A DNA stretch of 63,571 nt, counting the filler, from Trichosphaerium sp. ATCC 40318 (taxonomy: Eukaryota; Protista; Tubulinea): assembly GCA_038496445.1 (NCBI GenBank). It is 3 parts of 3 records of this genome, joined end to end, with 100 filler letters (N's around TTAATTAATTAA, not from the genome) between each part and the next. Parts side by side here need not be neighbours in the genome. Positions count along the whole stretch, not along the records: positions 46,853 to 63,571 come from JALMLS010000236.1; 2 more parts are not named here. One strand, 5' to 3'. The notes beneath the pieces were generated by a model, which saw nothing but the letters and a program-made list of their open reading frames with translations, had not been told where the DNA came from and did no database searches. Positions 51,721-62,266 of this stretch are shown piece by piece. The first letter of the stretch is position 1. Every line of letters begins with the position of its first letter. Made by a program: the position numbers and the translations under genes.

Positions 51721-52467
51721 ATGGAATATAATACTGATAAAAGCCACTTTTTACACCTCCCTTTGGAACTACTCCTCGACATGAGTGATTTAACTATTGA
51801 GGCGTATTGTAAATTAGCTCAGCTATCAAAACAAACTGCATTAATAAGGTATGATTCTGATATGAAACGACATGGCAAGTGGGTGAGAAAGAAAAAGATT
51901 GTAACAAGAGAAAATCAAACAAATCATAGCAGAGTACAAATAAAGACTCAAATCTATTGGAAGCATGGTGAACTTGATGGAGAGTATAAAAGATGGCATC
52001 ATGACAACGGGCAATTAATAGAGAAGGCGTTGTATGTAGATGGTAAAAGGCATGGTGAGTATAAACGGTGGTTTAGCAATACTCAAATGCGAGAACATTG
52101 TTTTTACATAAACGGTCATATTCACGGAGAATCCAAAAGATGGCGAGAGAACGGACAACTTTGGTTACAAATTAATTATGAAAACGGATGTCGTGAAGGA
52201 GAGTATAAGGAATGGCATAGTAATGGTAAACTATCAAAGCACCAGTATTTCTATAAAGGTAAAATTCATGGAGAATGCAAGAAGTTTTATCGAAATGGTA
52301 ATGTGTTTACACTATCAACGTATGTCAATGGCGTACTAGAAGGAGAGTACACACGTTGGCACGGAGGAGGTAATTTGAGAGAAAAGCGATATTATGTTAA
52401 TGGTACAGAGAAGATAATCCAGAAATACAACAACGAAGGGAAACTGAGTACTATACAAAAAATGTAG
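51721..52467 (+). CDS. F-box-like + MORN-variant repeat protein (intronless)
   Basis: HFLHLPLELLLDM..RYDSDMKRHGKW, then GEYKRW repeats. Confidence 0.85.
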   Translation: MEYNTDKSHFLHLPLELLLDMSDLTIEAYCKLAQLSKQTALIRYDSDMKRHGKWVRKKKIVTRENQTNHSRVQIKTQIYWKHGELDGEYKRWHHDNGQLIEKALYVDGKRHGEYKRWFSNTQMREHCFYINGHIHGESKRWRENGQLWLQINYENGCREGEYKEWHSNGKLSKHQYFYKGKIHGECKKFYRNGNVFTLSTYVNGVLEGEYTRWHGGGNLREKRYYVNGTEKIIQKYNNEGKLSTIQKM

Positions 52468-52857
52468 TCCGTTTGCAAGAAACTACAGATTTAGAGAGAA
52501 CCTGTCTCATCTCCGGTGTCGACCTTAATGGTAACGTATATGGGGACTTTGTCCTTTATTAAAGCAATAAACACTCTCGTAAACGTGAGAAACTTGTGAA
52601 ACATTGAAACTTGTTATCAAATAATTCTCAATTGTAGAATAAAATCACTCGTGTGGCTAACGTAGACCCTGTATCTTTCTTCACAAGCCTTTGTCCTTAT
52701 TGACACTGTAAGCTAGTGTAATGAGTAAAAGTGGAGATGTTTGTATCCATTTACCTTTCCATCGCTAAAGACAACGAGTGAACTGTAAACTTTGATATTT
52801 AAGGAGAGTATAGAATTTATTGTGAGAAGAAATAGTAGCGGACGGAGTTCATAAAAT

Positions 52858-53049
52858 TTATGGCGTTTTGTTCATACAAATCATGAAGAGAAAGCAACTG
52901 TTATTGCACGGGAAGGCGTCAATACAACACTCATATTTTTCTAATTTTGAGTCGCAAAAACTGCAAGCTTCCCTAGGACTATGATAGGGCCCACAACCGA
53001 GTGAAAGTGCTCCCAAGAATAGAATAGAAAGTGTAAAGAGAAGAAGCAT
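52858..53049 (-). CDS. Small secreted Cys-rich peptide
   Basis: Signal peptide MLLLFTLSILFLGALSLG followed by about 45 aa with 8 Cys. Confidence 0.55.
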   Translation of the reverse strand: MLLLFTLSILFLGALSLGCGPYHSPREACSFCDSKLEKYECCIDAFPCNNSCFLFMICMNKTP

Positions 53050-54419
53050 TGTTGAGGTACCATCTTGTTATTAATGTAGTTTAAACGTAATGATCTTATT
53101 TCAGATTTTAACCCACCCATACACATTTACTTGTATTAAACTTCTTTGTTGGGTAAACTATCCTTTAGAGTACCAGCCCACATACATTAGGTTAACCCCT
53201 TTGTTTCACTAGCCACGTGATTTTAATCAACTGAAGGGACCCTCATACCTGAACCCTTCAGTGGACTTTCTGCTAGTCGCTAGTTCTTTGCTAGTGTACC
53301 GCAACTAGCGCTAGTAGAAGAATATGACGTTAAGAACAGAAGAAAGTGCAATGGGTTTCGTTCAAGCAACACCGTCAACTTTTGTAAGTGTACTAGTAAA
53401 TACAATTAAACCTTACACCAAAACTATACTGCTAAGTAACTTTGCCCAGTCATGTCACTCGATACTGGATTACTTTTTAGTTACATAGCTTCATCTGATA
53501 CCTATGAGTTATAAAACAATGCCATGAAGACTCTAAACTATAATACCTTCTATAACTTAAAATCACGTGTTGTAGGCATTGTGTATAACATCAACATTTT
53601 GTAGTACAATCTCTTTCCTGAACAGTGGTTAGAACCCCTTGGTAGCCGCGTGGTATCAAACGTTGTTGAAAAACTACTGAAACCAATTTTCGACTTTGAG
53701 ATATTATGTGAATCAACAGCCAAAAGCAGTCTATCAACTTCCCAATTGTGTCAAACATCTACCACATTACATACACCGAACAAACATCGAAATGGTACGA
53801 CCTAGAGCTCAATAGAAAGTGCACGCCAAAGTGCTGTTTGACAACCTGTTATCTATCATTTTTTAGCTCATTTGATCCGTTAATTGTCTTTCAACTTACT
53901 GTATCGCAGAGTGCAGTGAAAGCGCCACCAAAGATACCCAATTGGACTTCGAAGGTACCAGGACTGTACAGTCGCAGTTCTTGTAGCATTGCAGTCACAA
54001 AAGCAGGGCTTGTACGTCTACCTATGTAAACCATCGCATGCACGCGTATTCTTTTGTTTTCCTAGGCGGCTGCAAGCTACCTGACTTTCTGCTTTTGTGC
54101 TCGTTTGAAGTACTCCAAAAGGATATACTACTGTTATAGCTTGCATATTTGCACAATGTTACCTATGCTCACAACCCATCCCGAAAAATCAAGCCAAATT
54201 CCTCACGTTCAATAGAAATAGAAAAAAGGTCTATGGCTTCCTTTTGCTGCGTTCTACAAATCGGAGTGGCCTTTTTAAAAAGTAGGCTTGGCGCTACAAT
54301 TAAATAGAGTTATTCAAGCCAAATCCAATAACGTATCAGCGCTTTTGACTCTTGTCTTTGGCGTGAAAAAGAAATTGTAGTGTTCTATTTGTTGTACCTT
54401 TTTTTACTTTTTTTGAAAG

Positions 54420-54674
54420 GCGTATGTTGGTGTGCTGGATAAGATTTTAGTATTCGACTTGAAACAACCATCAAAAGAACCACCAGTGTTGAAAATTGGA
54501 AGCTCAGGTATTGGCTCAATATCCATCACGAGTGATGAGAAGATTATGATTGTTGGGTTGTACGAAAGTGCCTTGTTAGTTGACTTAAAAAAAGGCACTA
54601 TCTTGGCATTTAGAGATAAGCTAAAAAACCAACATAAAAATAAACTACTTCGATTGCCTAGCTTTTTGCACTAA
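54420..54674 (+). pseudogene. WD40-like gene fragment
   Basis: ILVFDLK..IGSISITSDEKIMIVG..LVDLKKG looks like one WD40 blade; no complete gene model found. Confidence 0.35.
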
Positions 54675-54906
54675 CTAGCACGGTAGTACGTTTGTTGTAA
54701 GCACCCTTAGTAAAATGATAGTCCAGTTGCTAAGCGTTTTTTTAAAGCAACAAATGCTGTATTTTCCTAGTATTAAGCGGGTTAGAGTTCTATCATTCTC
54801 AGTTTACTTTCTTCTATTAACTAACCAAGGGAAACTTACTATAGAAGATGTTGAAAGCCTCCATTTTTATTTAAATAACTGCTTTTTGATGCACCAACTT
54901 ATGCAA

Positions 54907-55530
54907 TCAAACAAGGCTGTAAAGAATACATACAAGAGCAAGGATAACAGCTTTGACAACATTAATGGATAGTACGCTTTCAGAAGTAACAGTAGGAGGA
55001 GTTGGGACTACTCGCTCATTTCTTTCAGTAACAGTAGATGGTTTAACAACGGTGACAGTCTATAATTTGGTAAGATCACTTAAGCAAACAGCGAGCAAAA
55101 AAAACAAATACCGTCATTGTAACGTTTGAAGCTGAAAACGAATCTTTAGTCATTTGAATAGCTGCAGGATCACTTAAATATGAAGATACAATTGAAGCTG
55201 CGTTATCATCTAAGAGCATGTTAGACTTGTTTGTTAAACAACAATACGAATATAAAAAAAAACCACGTGCCAACAATTCTGACGTCAAATTGAGTAGCAG
55301 CTTGTCTCTTTGAAGTTGTTGGAGAAGCTGTAACATTGACGGATAACTGGTTTGAAAATATTTCTATCACTATAATTATAAAATCTTGTAAATCACCTAT
55401 AACAACAAACGATGGTCTGATGCTAATATCTAAAAAAAAACATATCAGACTAATAATATCTCGTACTTGTTTTTTTCTTTTATCAAAATTATTTGTACCA
55501 TTCGTAATACATGTTATGCAAACAGACACT
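54907..55530 (-). CDS. C-terminal part of a Ser/Thr-rich, membrane- or GPI-anchored protein
   Basis: Spliced T/P-rich stalk ending in hydrophobic VVKAVILALVCILYSLV*; 5' end not found. Confidence 0.45.
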
Positions 55531-55701
55531 TATTGGCTTGTTCGAGTGTCAATGGGCTAATTTGTTAATAATAATAGCGAGCTGACTGAAATTACGGAGA
55601 TGCCAACCGCACGTGTGACTAACGCCCTTGCACGTAAGAACTCCACTTTTTTGCATGAAGTATCAAGCGCGAACAATATTTTTGTGGGTTTTGATACGCA
55701 A

Positions 55702-55896
55702 AAGCTTGGGTCGTTGTAGTTCTGTCAGGGTTTCCCTGACGACCAGGGAACCCTGATTCACATTGCTACTTTTTTTAAGTGGAAGCTTGGATCACCGTAA
55801 ATCTGTCAGGGTTTACCCTGTCAGTCAGGGATGAACCCTGAGATATCCTAAATCCGATCCAGGGTAACCCTGTCTACCAGGGAGGTATCCCCTGAT
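55702..55896. promoter_or_regulatory. Three palindromic CAGGG/CCCTG units upstream of the metallothionein gene
   Basis: Each unit is CAGGG-n-CCCTG-N5-CAGGG-n-CCCTG; units 1 and 2 lie in an approximately 80-bp duplication; the array ends about 45 bp before the ATG. Confidence 0.6.
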
Positions 55897-55938
55897 AGAA
55901 TTAAAACCTCAACAAACTAAACAAACTAACAACACATC

Positions 55939-56321
55939 ATGTCCTCAGACGCTTCAGCAGAAATTAAACAACAACAATCTTCTTGCAGCGATTGCAAAGA
56001 ATCTTGTAAGTCGTGCACCTACAAGACGGACTGTTCTAACTGCACCAACTGTAAAGGCCAAGGTACGTATACACTCGTTCTACATCAAGAGAAACGATAG
56101 AGCTTCTCCGCTTGAACCTTAAGGTTTTCAAATGCTAATTTTAGTTCCTAGATAACGCAGATTGTTGTTCAAAAGACGCTGACGGCAAAGCAACGTGCAG
56201 CTGCAATTGTTGTAAAACGGTACGAAGAGAAAAGAGACTGTTTTTTTTTGGTTCTGTAAATTAACTCTGCGTGTAGTGTGTCTGTGATACATGTGATACA
56301 AGCAAGTGCGGATGTAAATAA
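55939..56321 (+). CDS. Metallothionein-like protein (78 aa, 18 Cys, 3 exons)
   Basis: Exons 55939-56062, 56152-56219 and 56277-56321 give MSSDASAEIKQQQSSCSDCKESCKSCTYKTDCSNCTNCKGQDNADCCSKDADGKATCSCNCCKTCVCDTCDTSKCGCK*; AATAAA downstream. Confidence 0.88.
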
Positions 56322-56525
56322 AGATGCAGTACTAAACCCATCTTCGCCATTGTACAAATCTGTAATCAAGAATAAACATGAATTAAACAAACTGTCAGAT
56401 GTAATCTTTTAGTTTGTTAGATGTCTTTTACTGTGATTCCTACATCGCAACCGAACGTAAATGTAGACTGTAAAGAACAACGCCAGAAGGGGGAACAATT
56501 TGATACAATTTATTGTTAACAAAGC

Positions 56526-57786
56526 TCACTTGGCCCAGTTAATCTCACCTGAGTTTTTCTTCGTATTCCAAGTGACAGATGTTCCTGAAGCGAATTTACG
56601 AGTGTAAACATCTCCTTCAACTGTCGCTGGACCAAGTGGATTTCCAAGAGGCTTTTCAAATTGAGGATCCCATCCGTTACAGCCCAGAATACATCCTTCT
56701 TCAACCGCAAGTAAGAACATAATTATATCTCTTTGAGTACAAATAGACTTTGGTGATGGTGATACATCCGAATGGTGATCCACAATCTAGAATTTTTAGT
56801 TCATTTTGATTATACATTAACGTGTCCTTGTACCATGAAGTATACGTAAATTGCGCCACTTTTGAAAGCGTTTTGGACGTTTTCTATAATTGCAGATGGT
56901 TCTCCTTTAGCACGTGCCTGGACCGTTGTATTGAAAAAAATAAAACCTTCCTTTCCGAATAGCTCATAAATACCATCCATCAAGAGTTCCTTTCCTTCGT
57001 TGTACGCACTCGCAGTAGCTTCTGGTATCTCTCCACATGATAGGTCCCATGTTCTACCATCGTTATGTTCGCACAACTGCCTAAAATTCACATCAGACGT
57101 CATCAAACGTTTGTAAAAAAAAAGAAGAAGCAAAAGAAAAGAAGCTGGAAAGTTCAGAAGAAGATTTCACAACGCCAAGACACATACCAAATGTTTGAAG
57201 ACTTGTTGTATTGTGCCCGAATGGTAACCTTGTCAGGGAAAACACCATCGACTTTTTTATCAGCCAAAAACTTTAACCACATATCACGTGTCTTTTCCTT
57301 CCCTTGATCGAATGCGTTTATGCCAGGCATACCGTTGTCATTTTTTATGGCCAACAATTTACCATCAGTCTTAACGACATCTGCGCCAATAGCCAATGCC
57401 TGTTGGTGTAAACCTATGAATCCAAAGTCGTACAACGTGTTTAAATAGAAAACAACACATAATTTTGGGTTAATCGCCCTTGCTGCGTTAATGGTAGCCT
57501 CTTGGTATTTCTCGGCACCGCAAGACGCTTGACAAGGCAAAGGCGGCTTTTTTGTCGCATTGGCAAGACATTCGTCCCAACAAGGTCCTTCCCACTTTTC
57601 TATCACTATCATACGCATTTTGGCGAGCATTTCGAGGCTTTCTTGAGATCTGTGGCTCGAGTTCTGACCACCGAAGTAACCAACAGGTATCGTGGATAAA
57701 GAAACATCTGGCGGCACTATACACACCACATGGATGGCGAATAAAGCGACAAGTATCCCAGCAATTAGGTTTGTTTGTTGTAACAT
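56526..57786 (-). CDS. Secreted putative glycoside hydrolase (GHL15-like)
   Basis: Signal peptide; VVFYLN, VDGVFPD, PLGNPLGPA..VYTRKFASGT motifs; few introns. Confidence 0.6.
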
Positions 57787-57918
57787 TTGTGTTAACTAAG
57801 AAAAGTAGTTCGAATTTATTTGACGTATTTTGCTGGTTTTAAATGTGATTATTCATGCCAATTACCGTCTCAACGCACGTGTTTTACTGGGTTGTATTAA
57901 AACTATACAATTAAAACA

Positions 57919-60865
57919 TTACTTAGAGCTGTACGATGTAAGATGACATTGTACCGCTTTAAAAGACTGACTCGGGTATACTTCTAAATAAGGAAAGTGA
58001 CCCGAGAATCCAAATACCATTGCTTTACTTGTACTCGAGAACTCAACAATGCCTGATCCAAGTTGCCATGAGTAAACGGTATTTTCTTTATCAAACATAA
58101 ACTCTATAGGTCCATTTTCGGTCGCTGGATAATATTCATTCCTTGGTCCTTTGAAAACAGTTGGAACAAATGCTGAAGTATCCTCTGAATCAAAAGTGTT
58201 TATAATATTGTTGTCTCCATATTCTATTGTTATGCTCGTCTCCTGTTTTCGTTGATAGTAGTAAGTAAACCTTGTTGCAGATATTAAACCAACTAACCTG
58301 TGTGTCATATCCTAGGTAAGCCACATAAGAGCCTTTAATGAGAGCTACACAATCCAATCGTGGCTTTATCTAAAAACAAGCTTGATGAGATGAATTATAA
58401 GCTCTTCAACTCACATTTGGTAGTGGTGCTGCAGCTGGCGCTACAGTCGTTGACGGTGCATTCGGAGGTGATGTGGTAATAGTAGGGATTGGAACATCAG
58501 GCGATAAAGGAGGTAGGAATGGAGCATCAGGCGACAAAGGAGGTAATTCAGGGATTGGTGCGTCAGGTGATAAAGGAGGTAGATCAGGTAAAGGGGCATC
58601 AGGAGACAAAGGAGGTAATTCAGGGATTGGTGCGTCAGGTGACAAAGGAGGTAGATCAGGGATTGGAGCGTCAGGTGATAAAGGAGGAAGATCAGGGAAT
58701 GGAGCGTCAGGTGACAAAGGAGGTAGATCAGGGAATGGTGCATCTGGTGATAAAGGAGGTAGATCAGGCAAAGGGGCATCAGGTGATAAAGGAGGTAGAT
58801 CAGGTAAAGGGGCATCAGGAGACAAAGGAGGTAATTCAGGGATTGGTGCGTCAGGTGACAAAGGAGGTAGATCAGGGATTGGGGTATCAGGTGACAAAGG
58901 CGGCTCAGGTACTATAAACAAGTAAATATTTAGAGCATGCTAGAAAACAATACGTACGAAGCTCACACGTGAATACTCCAAAAGAAGGATCGATATAAGC
59001 CAATTCCAAGTTTCCAAGAGAATCTTGAATAGTAACAACAAGTTGACACAACTCTCTGCTGAACATACTGTTTATATGTGTTGCAGCACTATTACTAGTA
59101 GTTGTGAGAGCATTACTGATTGTTGAAGTCACTCTAAATAGAACAGTTCCTACGGGAGAAGCATCCAATATTGTAACAAACTTTGACGTTTCAGAAGCTC
59201 CGACACTAACAAAGTCGTTTACTGGGAATGATTGAGCGATAATGCTGTTTGTTGGTAAATAGGTATTCGTGCAATCAAAAGGAGTCTCAGTTATTACTGT
59301 TTGACTAGCAAGGTTTGATAAAACGCCTATTGTTCCTTTTTGAGAGTTATAAGCTACTGAGATCGATTGAACGGCTCCTGTGAATATTACCTCTGGAGCT
59401 GGTGTCTAAACAAAATATACTGAGATTTTAACGGTATTACGAGAATGCAGAATGGCAACTTTTTTCGGAAAATTGTAAAGCGTCTCACAAAGTATGTTTA
59501 ACATGAAAAAAAAAGATGTATTGTGCTTTTTTTGTCAAAAGACGTGCTGACAGAAACTTTGATTTTCAAAATGAATGACTGTGACAATAATCTATTGTAC
59601 CTGACCTAAGCTAATCTGTGATAGAGACACGCTATTACCATCAATAGAACCTACTGTAAAGCAATTTCCATCTACTTCAACGACTGGTGAAGCACCAGCA
59701 AAATCCGTGGCTTTATTGTAAGGCTTAACAACACTGATAAATCTGGATTTAATGCTTAGAAAAAGAAGCACGTACTGACAATACCGCCTGAAACAGGGTC
59801 TTTTCCTAGTTCCCAATTGTAGATTTCTATTCCTGCTGAGCTACTAGCAAAAAGAACGTAGTCTTTTGGTGAAACTATGCTGCTATTAGTACCTAATATT
59901 CACAGTATAGAATAGACATCAAAACAACATTCAAAGAAGCCACCTCATAGAAATAACTTTGTTGCATACCTTGACTTGCACTGACAATGTTGGCATTACC
60001 ATCTAGATTAGGGAAGTTTATTCTATCACCAACGAAACCAATTACCTAACAAAAAACCAAAGTCAGTTTCATAAGAAGAAAAAAACCCGAAACGCGTTTT
60101 CGGGCAGCATCAACAAGCTGTCTCTAATTTTAAGTCTTGTCTCGAGTAGCTCTCAATACGAAAAAAGAGGAATATGACTTCAACATACAGGATCAGGCTG
60201 GAATAGCAATGTACATTCAAGATACTGCCAAACGTTCTCTTCTCCCAAAAAAATAACTGGAAACGAACTCCCTACGAAATACGGGACGAAAGCCTTTGTA
60301 GAAGGTGAAATAACCATTCCATTATTAAAACCAACATTTCCAGAAAGCATATCTTGACAAATAATGTTATATTCATGTCGATAAAGGCAAAAAAGATGTC
60401 ATGACAACAGTCAAATGCAAAAGTGTTTTTTCCACTAGAGAGTTAGGTACTTGAGCACCAACGCCCAGTTTAATCTCTAGAAGGAAATAAGTACCTTGCG
60501 GAGAAGCTAAAACACCGAGAGTTCCATTACTTCCTCCCAAAGCTATAGAGATTTCGTTAGAAATACACCTGCTCTACTGTGTTTCTAGTATACGCACCTC
60601 CATCGGCAAACAGAATATGAAGCTCGTTGCCATTAAAAATACCTCTGAACAATCGTGGGTTTTCGGGTGAGACTGTCTCCATCAAGACAACATCAAACAA
60701 TGCATTTGCATTAAAAAATGTATTCACTGGGGCTCCTGAAACATCTGTCGAACAAAAGGTCAGAGTGAATAGAAGAAGACTATTTGGAAGTATACGGAGT
60801 AATGTTATACCTTGGGACAGACCCATACAAATACAAACAAGTAGTACAACTCGTGTGTAATCCAT
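57919..60865 (-). CDS. Secreted multi-exon protein with Pro-rich tandem-repeat linker
   Basis: Signal peptide MDYTRVVLLVCICMGLSQG; beta-rich exons; repeat exon; C-terminal globular exon. Confidence 0.65.
58486..58910 (-). repeat. 36-bp coding tandem repeat, 12 x PPLSPD (unit P[DE]LPPLSPDAP[ILF])
   Basis: Directly visible; much of the variation between units is at synonymous positions of the Pro-rich frame. Confidence 0.95.
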
Positions 60866-62072
60866 TTTGAACTAAAAAAACTATGCTGGTTGGAAAATAG
60901 CGAGTTTTCCACAAGATTGGGAGAGATTTGGTCTTGGGTTTTTTTCCTTGTTTCTCCATAAGGACTAAAATCACATGGTCTGGAAAAAATAACTTGACCT
61001 TGTATAGAATAATAATCATCGCGTTAGTATAGATCATTAGGGTTGTAAATACCAGTGTTTGAAGTTCGGGTAGTTGTATCCCCAAAAGTTCCTTTTAGGA
61101 ACACCAACAATATTCCTTGTAGGAATCTTCTCTAAAACCTCTTCTATAGTCTCTAATACACGTCAATAGTCATCAGCGAAAACTCATCTTTCTCCTATAA
61201 ATAAGTTTGTAATAACAAAAAAAATTTAGCGAAATTAGGTGACACATGCCCAGTTCACTAGTTACCAATCACGGCAAAAAAAACTTTAATGATATTTTAG
61301 TAGATAGCGTCGTAAGCCTTTAGAAAAACTATGTAAGTCAACCAATGCTTCTAAAATAAGACCAGGTTTTAAGTGAATTTGACAACTTTTTGGTGAGAAT
61401 AGTCGTGTGGATTTGATCAAACCAGAAAATACGACCAAAACTGATTTTTATACAACTTTATTGTTACATAACCATGAACCGCTCTAATTTCTGATTATTC
61501 GTAGTATATTCGTAATATATTGTACTACTGCATTGTAGGCACGTTTTCAACTAGGTGGGTAATTTGCAATAGTGGTGATCCGAACAATACTGGTTGTTGT
61601 CCAGTATTCACGGCTATACCTGACCGCGCATATTGGAGAGCCAATGACGCGAATACGCCTACAAACTGGCTAAAACAACTATACTAGACTTACATTCTAG
61701 GAGCATTTGGAATGACTACTGCTTTTTGGTACCTTTACTTTTCGAACCTGCAAAACAGAATAGTCTTTGTATTGCCGCCACAATAAATTATCATCTAGAT
61801 ATCATTCGACCCGGCTCTTAGTTTCGCAAAGAAGGTTCAATCTAAATTGAATTGTAGAGGGCGATTTATTTGTAAAACTACAGGACGCAGTACATGCCTT
61901 ATACGGTAGAAGTAGGCTGTATTGCACGTTTCTCCACAAATCTCTTTGCTTACAAAACAACACTGGGCACCGAATCTTTATTTCGCCATTCTCTTCTTCT
62001 CATCCTCAAACTTGGATCGCTAATACAACTACTAATATTCCAATAATACGTATTTCACAGTAACTCAGCGTA

Positions 62073-62226
62073 GCAGTATCAGATAGTAAATGATAGCAAA
62101 TACTTAAAGCAACATAACGGAAATCAAAAGATTCGTCTTAGTGTTGGTGGGGCAGAGTTTTATACTACTTTATCTAGTTTAACTAATGAACAAGTCTCTA
62201 CAAAGAATTTATTTAATCTACGCTAA
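62073..62226 (+). pseudogene. Truncated KCTD-type BTB fragment
   Basis: QKIRLSVGGAEFYTTLSSLT followed shortly by a stop. Confidence 0.55.
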
Positions 62227-62266
62227 CACGTGAGAGTGATTCACAAACCAAATTGTTTTCTTGAAG

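Noticed and set aside
55702-55896. CRISPR-like array
   Set aside because: Only three degenerate units, no regular repeat-spacer layout, eukaryotic context, no cas genes
56115-56126. ACCTTAAGGT palindrome in metallothionein intron 1, resembling yeast ZRE
   Set aside because: One base shorter than the ZRE, single occurrence, could be chance
58473-58925. Collagen-like Gly-rich ORF on the plus strand
   Set aside because: Antisense shadow of the Pro-rich exon, which has splice sites linking it to a minus-strand gene
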